Shown here piece after piece: positions 26,357-38,009 of a stretch of 64,000 nt of DNA. The translations under genes and the position numbers were made by a program. Within the stretch, counting starts at the first letter, position 1; each line of letters starts with the position of its first letter. Under the pieces are notes generated by a model. That model did no database searches. It had not been told where the DNA came from and worked only from the letters and a program-made list of their open reading frames with translations. The stretch comes from Basidiobolus meristosporus CBS 931.73 (Eukaryota; Fungi; Basidiobolomycota): positions 203,060 to 267,059 of the forward strand of contig MCFE01000007.1 in the NCBI GenBank assembly GCA_002104905.1, written 5' to 3'.

Positions 26357-27578
26357 CTAGTAGCCGATGGCAATTGCTCCGCGCACCTCAGACTAATGTA
26401 AAAACAACCTTATTCCTTCCTATTACTTATGTACATTGAGGAAATCTTCGAATAAACTGTTATAGCTATACTACATTAATCGATGCCATCCCATACACGA
26501 ATGGGTTAATAATAATGGTTGCTTAGAAATGCTACCTGTGTCGAGCCTGTGGATATATGTTGAATATTCTACTTAACCAGGGATTAGTCAAGTCCAATCC
26601 CAAGGTTAAAATATCTAATCGAGAAGCTAATCACCCTGGAGCGTCATAGCACATACACAGTAAGGTCAAGATGGCTCAATTATTGACCCTTAGAATCTCA
26701 CTAGTTCACAAAGAACCTTGCATTCCAAACAATTCTACCCCACCTCTAATTAGTAGCAGGTATTAAAAATAGCTCCAACTACGACCTGCCAATGAGTACA
26801 TACACCTTCTGAAATGAGTGATGACGGATGCAATCTATCCCAGATTATTACGAGCAGTTCATATCGTCAGGTGATACAATGTGGGCAGCCTTGCATCGCA
26901 ATACATGCAATCGCATAAACTACGATAGTGTATATTGCAGTCAAACTCGACACAAAATCAACCAACATCGTACGAAATAAATGCAGAATAATATTGGCAT
27001 CAATCAATATCGGATCGGGGGAGTAATTGGCTGTGTATGAATTCAATGAAGGCCTACAAGAAACCAAGAAAAACCGGTTTTGGATACCCACTTTGGCCAC
27101 CAATGAGCAATGTCTAGAAAACCCCCGCGATCGGTTAGCTCGATGCAAATAGTGCCAATTGTGTGTTACATTGACAGGACTCGCTCGCCTAGCATGAGCG
27201 AATATAATCTAGTCGCTTAGATTCGTGTCACAAGGAGTTACGCTAGAATTCAAGCAAAGTAGGTATTCACAAGAGCTAATTTACTCATTTAGATGAAACT
27301 TGCTCTCAGAATGTTAAAGGTGAGTTCAGTTTGCCATATTACGAACAAGAACCTGGGCTGTTGAGCTGCAGTACAATCTGGATGAGTTGCTGAATGATAA
27401 GCTTCTGTTGATTCAAGTGTAACCTACTTTGGCACCGTGGACACACAGTAAGCAAGTGAGGATTGACATAAAAAGGGTGATCCATCTTCATAGTGAACCA
27501 GTTCCTACTGCTCATTCATCTTCTCCATTTCATTTCTCGAAGAGATTTCCAACCAACTTCAGTCCCAACATTTGGAAA

Positions 27579-28368
27579 ATGATCAGTATCAAATTAATCA
27601 GCACTGCTCTTGCTGCTCTCTTAGTGTTCGTCACATTGGCCGAGGCTCATTCTTGGGTAGACTGCATGGATTGGAGATTCAAGAATCCCTCGAAGAAGAG
27701 CTTCGACGATAATGCCGGTGACTGCTATGGCTTCGCCCGTCGTTTCCCAGTGAAACAGAAGGGCGGAAAATACATTGGTCAATATGCCTTTGGTTCCCTT
27801 GACTCTACTGGCGCAAGTCGCCACTACAAACAAAACGAGAAGAGCCCTGGTATGTACAATACCACACAACTTCAAATCATTTATGCTATAGAGCCTAATC
27901 ATCATCGTTCAATCTGTAGATACATGGCCTGCTTGTTCAACTGGCAAACGTCTCGGTGGTGATGAGGAGGTTGGTACCGATGAAACCAAAGCCAACCCAG
28001 TGACCAAAGCCTATGGAGGCAAGTGGGGACCAATTACTGTTGCCAAAGCTGGCCAACAGCTCTGTGTCCGCTGGCCCGCAAAGAACCATAAGAACGAGCC
28101 AAACAATATTGTCTACATTAACATGCCCCCTTCCCCAACCTCCAAGGACCCTACCCAAAAGGAATTGAACAAGTGGAACATTGCTAAGCTCCAATACGGC
28201 AACTGCTTCTCCGGCGGCTCCGACAAGGCTCGTTGCGGTGGTTGCTTCACCATCCCCAAGGATCGCAAGCCTGGAGACTACCTCATCCAATGGAGATGGA
28301 TGCTCAAGGGTGATGATGGCAAGGCAGAATGGTACACATCCTGTTCTGACGTCCAAGTCACCAAATAA
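27579..28368 (+). CDS. Secreted N-terminal-His protein, paralog 1 (putative LPMO-like; 1 intron)
   Basis: Signal peptide ...AEA|HSWVDC, intron at about 27850-27918, CVRWPAKNH, QWRW, EWYTSCSDV, 8 Cys. Confidence 0.85.
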
Positions 28369-29271
28369 GCATTATCTTGCAGTAGTTCATGAGACATGGC
28401 ATTAATAAGTAGTCATCTATCTAATTAGTCTAATAGTACGTAATACGGTTTTGAACGAACAGGTGTCGCATCTATATTTCCTTGCATAATACATTTGGCT
28501 GTCCCCCTCCTAGCCGTAATCAAATAAATGCCTGGTTTAATTTAGCCTCTTGAATTTGCATCGTCCATCTGGTTTGTGCTATTTGAGGATGAATGCTATT
28601 TCCGACAAGTATCCACTAAACATAGCTGGAAATCCAAGTCACGGAAATAGGATCATATCCTAACCTACCTGAGACACGTCAGGGATCTGCGGTATGGCTA
28701 TTTATACAAATTTGACCGTTAATCAGCCAACCTTCATCCTTGGGTGCACAATTATGATACATGGGTGTGCCAAGTCGAAGGTCCTGCGACGGACTATTAT
28801 CTAGGAAGACAAACACACACGTTCTTCAGGGAGCATCAATACCCAATTGTAGTGGAGGCACACTTATTGTGATGGTGAGATATGATATTTACGCAAGTAG
28901 CTTGCTTTCGAACAGAGCTCCACAGGTCTTAAATAGCGAATATCATGGGATTAATACTGATATATTGAAAAATCAACCTCACGTTTTGGTAATAAGTTTT
29001 TATTCTTGCAATGGAGTGCGAAGCAATCATAGAGAGTACGAGACGTGGCATATAAGATCGTCAGGTTATCATTTATTGCTTTGCAGGTGTTAGAAAATAT
29101 ATACTGTCAATGGGCCATGCCATATTCTCTTGGGATACAGCCCATCGAGTATCAAATAAACCAAGTTATATAAGAGAATGTTGAATTTGAAGATACAATC
29201 GAGTCTTTTTTTGGGTAAATTGATTGGGGCAACACTTGGGAATCCTTCATCTTTGTCCGTAGATGGCCAAG

Positions 29272-30432
29272 TTATCTTCTGAACAACTTGATGTTGCGAC
29301 GAAGGTTATAGACGGATTCCTGATTGTAGGAGCGTTTGAATCTCCTGTCATCCTCATCGTCATTGCCGTTCTTGCCTTGTCGATTTCCTCTACCACTGTT
29401 GTGGCGATTTCTCCCACCATTGCGATGGCCCTTACCATCATTCCCATTGTCATTCTCGTCATCATTGGACTGTGTTGGCTTGGCCGGGCGCGATTTGGTG
29501 GTGGTAGGGGCTTCATTATTGTCCCCATCTGTATTGGTGCTCGTAGGTTGTTTGCTATTTCCCTTGTTACCCGAGGGTGTGGGTGTAGGTGTAGATGAGG
29601 AGGTTGCCCTACCTGGGGCATTCCCACCATTGCCATTGGTGATACGGACATCCGAGCAGGATGTGTACCATTCTGGAACATTGTCGGAGCCATTCAGCTT
29701 CCATCTCCACTGGATCAGGTAGTCACCAGGACCTCGATTCTCTGGAATGGTGAAACAACCACCACAGCGAGCCTTGTCAGAGCCACCAGAGAAGCAGTTG
29801 CCATAATCCAGCTTGGCAATAGTCCACTGGTTGAGCTGGCGCTGAGTGGGATCCTGGCCCATTGGGGTTGGGGGCATATTTATATACACTATGTTGTTTG
29901 GCTCATCTTTGTGGTTCTTGGCTGGCCAGCGTACACACAATTGTTGACCAGCCTTAGCTACAGTCATTGGGCCCCACTTTCCTTGGCCATACGCTCCGTC
30001 CACAGGGCTAGCCTTAGTCTCGTCGGACCCAACCTCTTCACCTTCGCCGCCTTTGATGGCCTTTCCAGTAGAGCAAGCAGGCCAGTCATCTATAGCGGGA
30101 AATGAATGGAATATTAGTCGTTGTTTCTTACTACTTTGTCATATAATAGCAATAAAATTACCTGGATGTTTTTCGGATTGCTTGTAGTGACGGTTTGGGC
30201 TGGTACTGTCCAGAGTACCGAATGCATATCTGGGAGATATTTGGTTTCCATCATACTTGACGGGGAATCGACGTGCATACCCTGCGCAAGTTCCTTCAGC
30301 GTCATCAAAGCTCTGCTTGCTTCCTTTAAACCTCCAGTCCATGCAATCGACCCAGGAATGGGCTTCAATCAATGCGGGTAGCATCATGACGGTGCTAGCA
30401 ATTGAGGCGACGATGAGTTTAGCGTTGACCAT
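29272..30432 (-). CDS. Secreted N-terminal-His protein, paralog 2, with long low-complexity tail (1 intron)
   Basis: ...IEA|HSWVDC, same intron position, WPAKNH and EWYTSCSDV, then a T/P/N/D/R-rich tail. Confidence 0.85.
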
Positions 30433-31993
30433 GTTGGAATACTGGCGGTTTGTCAGTAGAAGAGTTCTCCAGTGAGTGAAGGTAGTGCTTTGCAGTTAGA
30501 AGATATTCCAAGATTCGGTTGACCAGCGACCTTTGTTCCCTTGGTAGAATGGAAGACAAAATATTTGATGTCCTTAATGTCAGGCAGCAAGGGTTATATA
30601 TACGTTGTAGTGGTGGGTAGAATTCTCAAATTTCAATACAAACTCAAATCAATGATTCCCTCCAATAGATAAGCTTATCGAGCCATTGTCTGGAGTTTGG
30701 TGGAAATTGAGTTTGCGCCCTTTAATCACCCCCAACCAAAGAGGCATTAAACAACCTTCTAAATATATTCTATTCCCTGACAACGAACCCAATTGCACTT
30801 GACGATTAAATCGGCATTTTAGTCGAAATCAATAGGATTCAATGACCCTCCAGTATACCAGTTTTCACTGTCCAGCGTAGTTTACACGCTGTTTGGCCAT
30901 CCAATCAATGAGTACGGTTTCTATTAAATCATAAACTTACAATTTAATAGTTGTCATCGAACTTTCCTTAATTATCTATCGACTCTGAAGAGGTACTACT
31001 TCTCCCGTATTGTGATGGCTTCCCTCTCAGTCTCACCCATTGTTTGTCCTACGCTAATGTATAGATTGGGTTTGGATAGGTCTTGAGGTTCCATTCTCAA
31101 ATCCCCTAGAAGTCGGGTCATCAATTCATATATGGCCGTGAATCCTTTACGCCCAAGTATCCTAGTCTTACTTTCAACTGGATCATAAGCCACTTGTAAA
31201 GAAGCCCTAATATAAGGTTTGAGAGCCATGGTACACAAGCATAGCAAACTGGATTCTGGTGCTACAGCCGACATGCAAGATTGATTGCTATTATCTGGAA
31301 AAAATCGATGCTAGCTTCCACTTAAGGGAATTCAGCACATGGTGATGGTGCTCATCCCTACCATTATTAGTATAAGCCCAATAGAGGCCGTGGTACCACC
31401 ATCTCATAAAGAGACTGGCCCAGCATTATTCTGGGAAGGGAAGTACTCAGACAAGGAAATGGTGTGAGATTGGTAACCCTAGAATGATATCTGGCGATTC
31501 AATCGGTAAGCGCAGCTTACAGCTGGAAACCGAAACTCAAAATCACCTTGCTCCTTCAAGTAGGAATAACGAGAAAGCCTTGTTTTCATTATATCGTTGT
31601 ACAACCTCTCAGCTAGGATATACGTGGGCTTGATAAAGACATGCTGTGACACAGGTCACCCACCGCAATTATTCAAACACCATGGGGCAGTTCTTTGACT
31701 GAAAAACTGCACATTGCGGTATTCCGGGTGGGAAAACTTATGGTTAGTTATTACTCATTCCAGTGGCGATATACACCTGTCAGACAACTATCATGCTTCT
31801 CAGGGACCCTATTTCTCAGATAAGTCACATCTTAATTGTACAAACCCCAGGATACATCTTTTCTAATCTGTGGAACATTTTCCAAGAACTCGCCATTTTT
31901 TAATATGGTGGAGGAGGACTTACGAATTCATTCCGCGACCTATCTACTTGCTTAACGGCTAACAGAACAGAGTAAAGCAATATCGAGTGCACC

Positions 31994-32270
31994 GATATGC
32001 CCAACCTCAATGGCCAGGATCCCACTCAGCGCCAGCTCAACCAGTGGACTATTGCCAAGCTGGATTATGGCAACTGCTTCTCTGGTGGCTCTGACAAGGC
32101 TCGCTGTGGTGGTTGTTTCACCATTCCAGAGAATCGAGGTCCTGGTGACTACCTGATCCAGTGGAGATGGAAGCTGAATGGCTCCGACAATGTTCCAGAA
32201 TGGTACACATCCTGCTCGGATGTCCGTATCACCAATGGCAATGGTGGGAATGCCCCAGGTAGGGAAACTT
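31994..32270 (+). pseudogene. 5'-truncated inverted near-identical copy of the 3' half of paralog 2
   Basis: Matches the reverse complement of about 29605-29880 almost exactly, lacks signal peptide and His1, then decays into frameshifted similarity up to about 32400. Confidence 0.75.
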
Positions 32271-32940
32271 CCTCACCCACTACCTTAACCTCACCCTTAC
32301 CTAACATTACCCACCCTTACATCTTCAGGTAACAATGGTAAGCACAAGCAATAACGGAGCAAACATCAATAAACTTGCAACAACATTCGAACCCTACTAC
32401 ACACCCTTCTTTTTATCAGAGACACATCCAAACAAGCATAGGAGATGCCAGCGATTGGTTACTGTTGGGTCTGCCTTGCCAATTCAAGTCTCGAGATTAC
32501 TATTAGAGGTAAGCAGCTACAAATTGGTCGCGCTACTTCGCTGGGTACGTAGTAACAATCCATTGAAAAGTCCCTTCTGGCACTAACGTCACCTCCGATC
32601 TCTCAACACCATCGGCCGGATGCCAAACCAGTTTTGGTTGGAAAATAGCTACCAACTGTTTGTAAGATAGTGATTATACACCCCCTAAGGTATCAAATGG
32701 AGTGCCGATGATTCCATGCACCTAATTGAATTCAAGCAGCATAGTTTGAGACCGCATTTTATTCCAATGGATCATCCAACTGGGCTTAATTCTGGTTACC
32801 AAGGGCATGCAGGAAAATTTGGGAATTAATTACCTAAGAACGAGTAACTGTCAAAAATTGATTCAGAAAGATGGGTGGCATTGATATTGCCCGAATGGTC
32901 ATTCGATCACGAGCGCTTTCCTGGCTTACTTGCTGCTCGT

Positions 32941-33912
32941 TTAGTGGTTAGACTTCTTATGGGTCTTCTTCTTTTGGAGCTTGTGGTGACCCTTGGACTT
33001 GTGGGTTGGGGTGTGCTTCTTGCGAGTGCTGGTGGTTTTCTTGGTAGTGGGCTTGGTGTTTTTCTTTGAACCGGACGTCTTACTAGGGGAATTAGGCTGC
33101 GCAGGGATTGTCGTATTTCCTCTTCCTTCACCATTGCCAAGGCGAACGTCTGAGCAGGAAGTATACCATTCAGGAATGTTATCCGACCCGATGAGCCTCC
33201 ATCTCCATTGAATCAAGTAGTCCCCTGGGGCACGATTTTGGGGGATGGTGAAGCATCCGCCACAACGCGCCTTATCAGAACCGCCAGAGAAGCAGTTGCC
33301 GTATTGGAGCTTGGCAATGGTCCACTGGTTGAGTTGACGCTGGGTAGGATCCTGGGAGGTTGGAGCGGGGGACATGTTGATGTAGACAATATTGTTAGGT
33401 TCATGTTGATGGTTCTTGGCTGGCCAGCGAACACAAAGCTGCTGCCCGGGCTTGGCAATGGTCATCGGACCCCACTTGTTTTGCCCGTAGGCGTTGTCCA
33501 CTGGGTTGGCCCGAGTCTCATCTGCACCAACCTCTTCATTTTCACCATCTTTATATTTGTGCCCGAGTGAGCAAGCAGGCCAGTCATCTAGGAGAGAATA
33601 AGTCATCAATTTTTGCCCTTATCACCAAATTAACCATGGCATACCTGGATGCTCTTCCGATTGTTTATAGTGACGGCTAGCTTCGGTGTCATCCAGAGAG
33701 CCAAATGCGTACTTGGGGCTAATCTTCCCTCCCTTGTAAACCACAGGGAAGCGGCGGGCATAGCCGAAGCAGGTTCCAGCATTGTCATCAAAGCTTTGCT
33801 TGCCACTGTTGAAACGCCAGTCCATACAGTCTACCCAAGAGTGGCTGTCTACCACTAGTGGAAGTGCCATGGAGAAGGCGAAGATAACTGCAAATGATTT
33901 TCCGCTCAACAT
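32941..33912 (-). CDS. Secreted N-terminal-His protein, paralog 3, with Lys/His-rich tail (1 intron)
   Basis: ATG 33912, ...VDS|HSWVDC, same intron position, WPAKNH, EWYTSCSDV, basic tail. Confidence 0.85.
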
Positions 33913-36900
33913 GAAGAAGATTGATGGGTGCGATGAAAAGTAAATTGTTATGTAGCCCTGCAACTGCTCAACAGAAAGGCTTGGAGTAAACTGAGACACA
34001 TCGCTTGCAGGGCGACCGGCTTTTATAGAGTCAATGGGGCTCCGCCAAGCCCCTATTAACCACAATTAATTTTAGTCCGTTCCATGGAGCCGCCAACTTT
34101 TGCCGTGTGGATCCTGTGAGATGGGGGATTGTTTTTAGATGCACATTGGAGATCTAGCTCTCCGTCCTCCCACTGACCCTTCCCCGTTCTAAGGATTATC
34201 CAGCGTTTTCTCTAGGTCAACAACCAGTTGACCTAATTTGTTAATTTTGTCATGAGTGCGCACACTGAGCACCACGCTGGCTAACACTTGTGTTCCGTAC
34301 GATGGAAAAATCGCAAAGTTTGTACCTCCAGGTGCTACGACACAATTGGACAGGTTTCTGACTACTTTATACGGTGTGAAGAACAGATGAGAAAAGACCT
34401 TAAAGCGGAACTAGGTGTAACCGTAGGGCCAATCTACGGAAATTGAGTATCTGCAGCCTTTGCACCCGAAAGAGTTGCAGGAGACCAAATCAGCATGATG
34501 CCACCGATTTCTCTTCTCATGGATTTACACTTAATAAAATGGCTCAATCAACCGCTGATGAATATGTGAGACATCCCAAGCATGGAATAGGGAGAATCAG
34601 CCAATCTGAGTCATGAGATCCGGTCTACCTTCGATGGTTTATCTTGGGAGCTAATAGCTACTCCAAGAAATCGGTACTTCTTGGACCAATGAAATCACCG
34701 ATTTGCGGTTGGCCTCGGTTAGCCTCAGCGTCGCATGGTCTTCTTGTGAATACCGATGAATAGCTTTCGGTCTAGTCATTGGGTGAATGGCTGACCTCTC
34801 CAACTGCCGCTCATGGCGACTCTTGGGTTGGGGTTCAGGATACTCTTGGCTATATGGATGTTGCGTCAGTTGCCCTCCATTGGCCAACTCACTGGAATGT
34901 CGTGGCAATACTCGCACTGGCATTTGGAGCGATAACCGTGCATCATAATGCACTAATGAAGGTACATACATTTCGTAATATGTGCCAATTTCTGGAGTGC
35001 AACTAAGCATCTTAGTGGTTTGGCACCGGCCCGATGATTGACCCTTGAATACCCCACATGTTTGGGTACAGTTACTTTTGCCCAGCTGAATCGCGCACTG
35101 GGTAATGGTGCTGTGTCTGCAAACTTCAGGACTGGCGTATGATTAACCCATCGAGAAAAGTACAAGCATCAGCGAAACAGGTAATCAATCGAATGGTCAT
35201 TTGTTTGTGCATAGGGGCGAATGGTTAAGGTTTAGTGCTTCGTGGGTCTTGCAGTAAGACTAACTCATGTATGAATGGGGACAGCACTAGCATAAATTTC
35301 CAACTCGACTTCAACCGTCAGGCCTCTGGAGTATGCGTGGAGTACTTCATCTGACAAGGGAATCTTCCCCCACAATTGGCCTGATAACTGTAATGAAATC
35401 ACCATACTGGGTGTGATTCGATCCGTGGTCATTTCATGCTAATGATGCTTTATCGGATGTGCCTAGGCTGTTATGAGGTATTTTCACCAATTGTCAATCT
35501 GGCGTAGGTAGTTGAGAGCCATCCTTTGATACCGTCCGTTGCGAGCCAGATGTTAAGGTCAGACCAGACATGACATCTGGCCCCTCTCTAAATCCAGGTA
35601 AATGCTATGACCTCTGGCTTCATAGTTATTATGTAATGGCATGCCACTTTTATGCAATGCAGTGTGGGCTTTGGACTTACTTCCCCACTTGTTAGCTCGC
35701 CATCCTCTATGTACCGATCGACCAGGTATGGTAAAGTTGCCGGGTAAAGTAGCAACGGCTGCACCGTTCCAAACATCCACAACTCCAATCTCGATTCGGT
35801 GGCCCATATAATACATCTCCTCTTACAGAAGTAGGTAGAAATCTAACCGGATGTTTCGGCTAGGCCGATATCATTGCGGCGAGTCAAGTTACGTCCGATT
35901 GTGCCTATAACGTATCCATCCATCAACGTAGGTTGATCTTTTCCCTCAATTCTTAAACAATCTACACACATTATGAAGCTTAGGAGTTTGGATAAATTCT
36001 TGGCAATTTGACTAGATACGGAGTATGGATAGATTACCTTTGGACGCATCAGGAGTCTTTCGCTGCTGTAATGTGTTCAGATCTGCAGTGCTGCCTGTTT
36101 GCACCATAAATTCCAAGTCTGGACATGTTTCAGTCATAGGCATGAATCAGTAAAATAATATGGGACTTGCATCCCAACCAAGCTTTGAAAAGACTGAGTG
36201 GTACTTTGTGATTCCTAGATCATTTTCCCGTACGTGATGAAAAGGCAGATATAGCCCCACTAGATATTTCTAAAGCCGTGGATAATTGGGGGAGAGTTGA
36301 GGGTTAAACTACCTAAAGCCAGCAGGGTATAATAGACCCAAGATTCAACCCTCACTATACCCCTTGCTGATGTTTCGCTTTGCTTAAGCCGTACTATTTC
36401 ACCAACAGCACATGAAGTATTGCCTGATAAGAGTCAAGATTCTATCAAGAACTGCAGCTTGCCTTTATCAAGAGTACCACCATACAAAAGCATGAGTTTA
36501 GTTGTATTGGCTTATTTCCTAGTTGGTCATTTGTTAGGATTTCACACCCAGTAATTGTATTGGAACTCAGTGCGGCTTCTCCTACAAGTATAAAGACTCT
36601 ATTGGAAGTCAACAGGTGAGCATCGTGTAGATGTTCTAGCTTTACAAGCAGTATAAGCATCTTGGTACCAAAAAACAAACATTCGGGCATCATACAAATC
36701 TTCTAACATTACAGATCATTTCTAGTGTTCCCAACACCTTGCAACATAGTTGCTGAAAAAAATAATTCAGCAAATGAATAATTTTGGAAGGGTGAGATAT
36801 ATGGTCTAAAGTCTCAACCATTTCCAGGCTCTTACCTTTGCATAGAGTTTCTAGAATACCTCTGCAAATATCTAGTAAGGGCATGAATACATTGTTTCTA

Positions 36901-37631
36901 CTAAACAAACAAAAACCACAGATATGTAATGCATCTGGTACATATCATGATGATGTTAAAACTATGACCGCAGATCTTCAAGCCTAACATGCCAAGGAAT
37001 TTGGAACTTTAAGATGATGTGGTTTTCACTTGTTGGTTTACAACGGTTAGAGTCTTCTTCACCTCCCTGGCAGATTCACTATTGGCCGTTTTTTCTTCTA
37101 TCGCACATTATACTATAGACCCTAAAGATCAATGATTTATTATGCAAACAATAGTAAGCATTTTCATTCAGAGTTTGTAGAGGTTTTTTTGTGCCCCTGC
37201 AATAACTCAGCTAGTTCAGGTCATGGCAATTGTTGAATATTATTGAGTGTAAGTAGACTTACAATTGATCCGTTGTATGCAGGAAGGCCTTTTCCGACAG
37301 TTTTGACTGATCCGCAAGACTATAAACACATCTCGGCCATTCTGTCCACGCTACCATACCCTCGTCTTTAGGTGGCCGAACGACCAACTTCTGCCCTGTT
37401 AGGACAGCGACCCAGATATTACGAATACCGACAATCAGCCAGGTTTGAGAACACCCCGCGTTTCCCAATGGAATACACACCTTTAACAACTAAGATAGTT
37501 ATGGCATATTTACCCTTTTCTACTCCTTCTGAGAACTAGCTGTACCGTGGTCTTTCAGGAATAATCTAGATATACATGGATGTATATGTGAAAGCTCACT
37601 TGAGGGTGGAAGTTTATTGGCCAATCCTTAT

Positions 37632-38009
37632 TTAAATATCAAACACCCCATCACTCTCACTAACCAATGCGCAGCGATTGCTGTAGGTTTTGGTGAAGTG
37701 GGTAGGATGTCCGTAGCCATTCCCTTCCGCGGTGGCAGTGATAGGCTCAAAGTTGTCGGTGCAGAAGGCCCCATTACTGGAAAGTTTATCGAAATATCCA
37801 TTGGCCTTGTCGAGGGCGGAGCAGGCTTGTGCAGAATGAGGATGTGTACCGCCCATAGGATGGCAGTCCAATACAACCTGTGACAGCCTCTGCCCAGAGG
37901 GACTTGACCCGCTGTAGATGGCAAGTGTGTAGTGTGCCGGTCCTTTTGTCGGTGGAGTCGCGGCCTCCAGTACGAGTGGATACAGAAGTATGATAGAGAG
38001 GGACTTCAT
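37632..38009 (-). CDS. Streptomyces subtilisin inhibitor (SSI, MEROPS I16) family protein
   Basis: 125 aa, intronless, signal peptide. LDCHPMGGTHP...AC..L..ANGYF, FCTDNFEPIT.TAEG, TYSNRC, VFDI; four Cys in SSI spacing. Confidence 0.88.
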   Translation of the reverse strand: MKSLSIILLYPLVLEAATPPTKGPAHYTLAIYSGSSPSGQRLSQVVLDCHPMGGTHPHSAQACSALDKANGYFDKLSSNGAFCTDNFEPITATAEGNGYGHPTHFTKTYSNRCALVSESDGVFDI

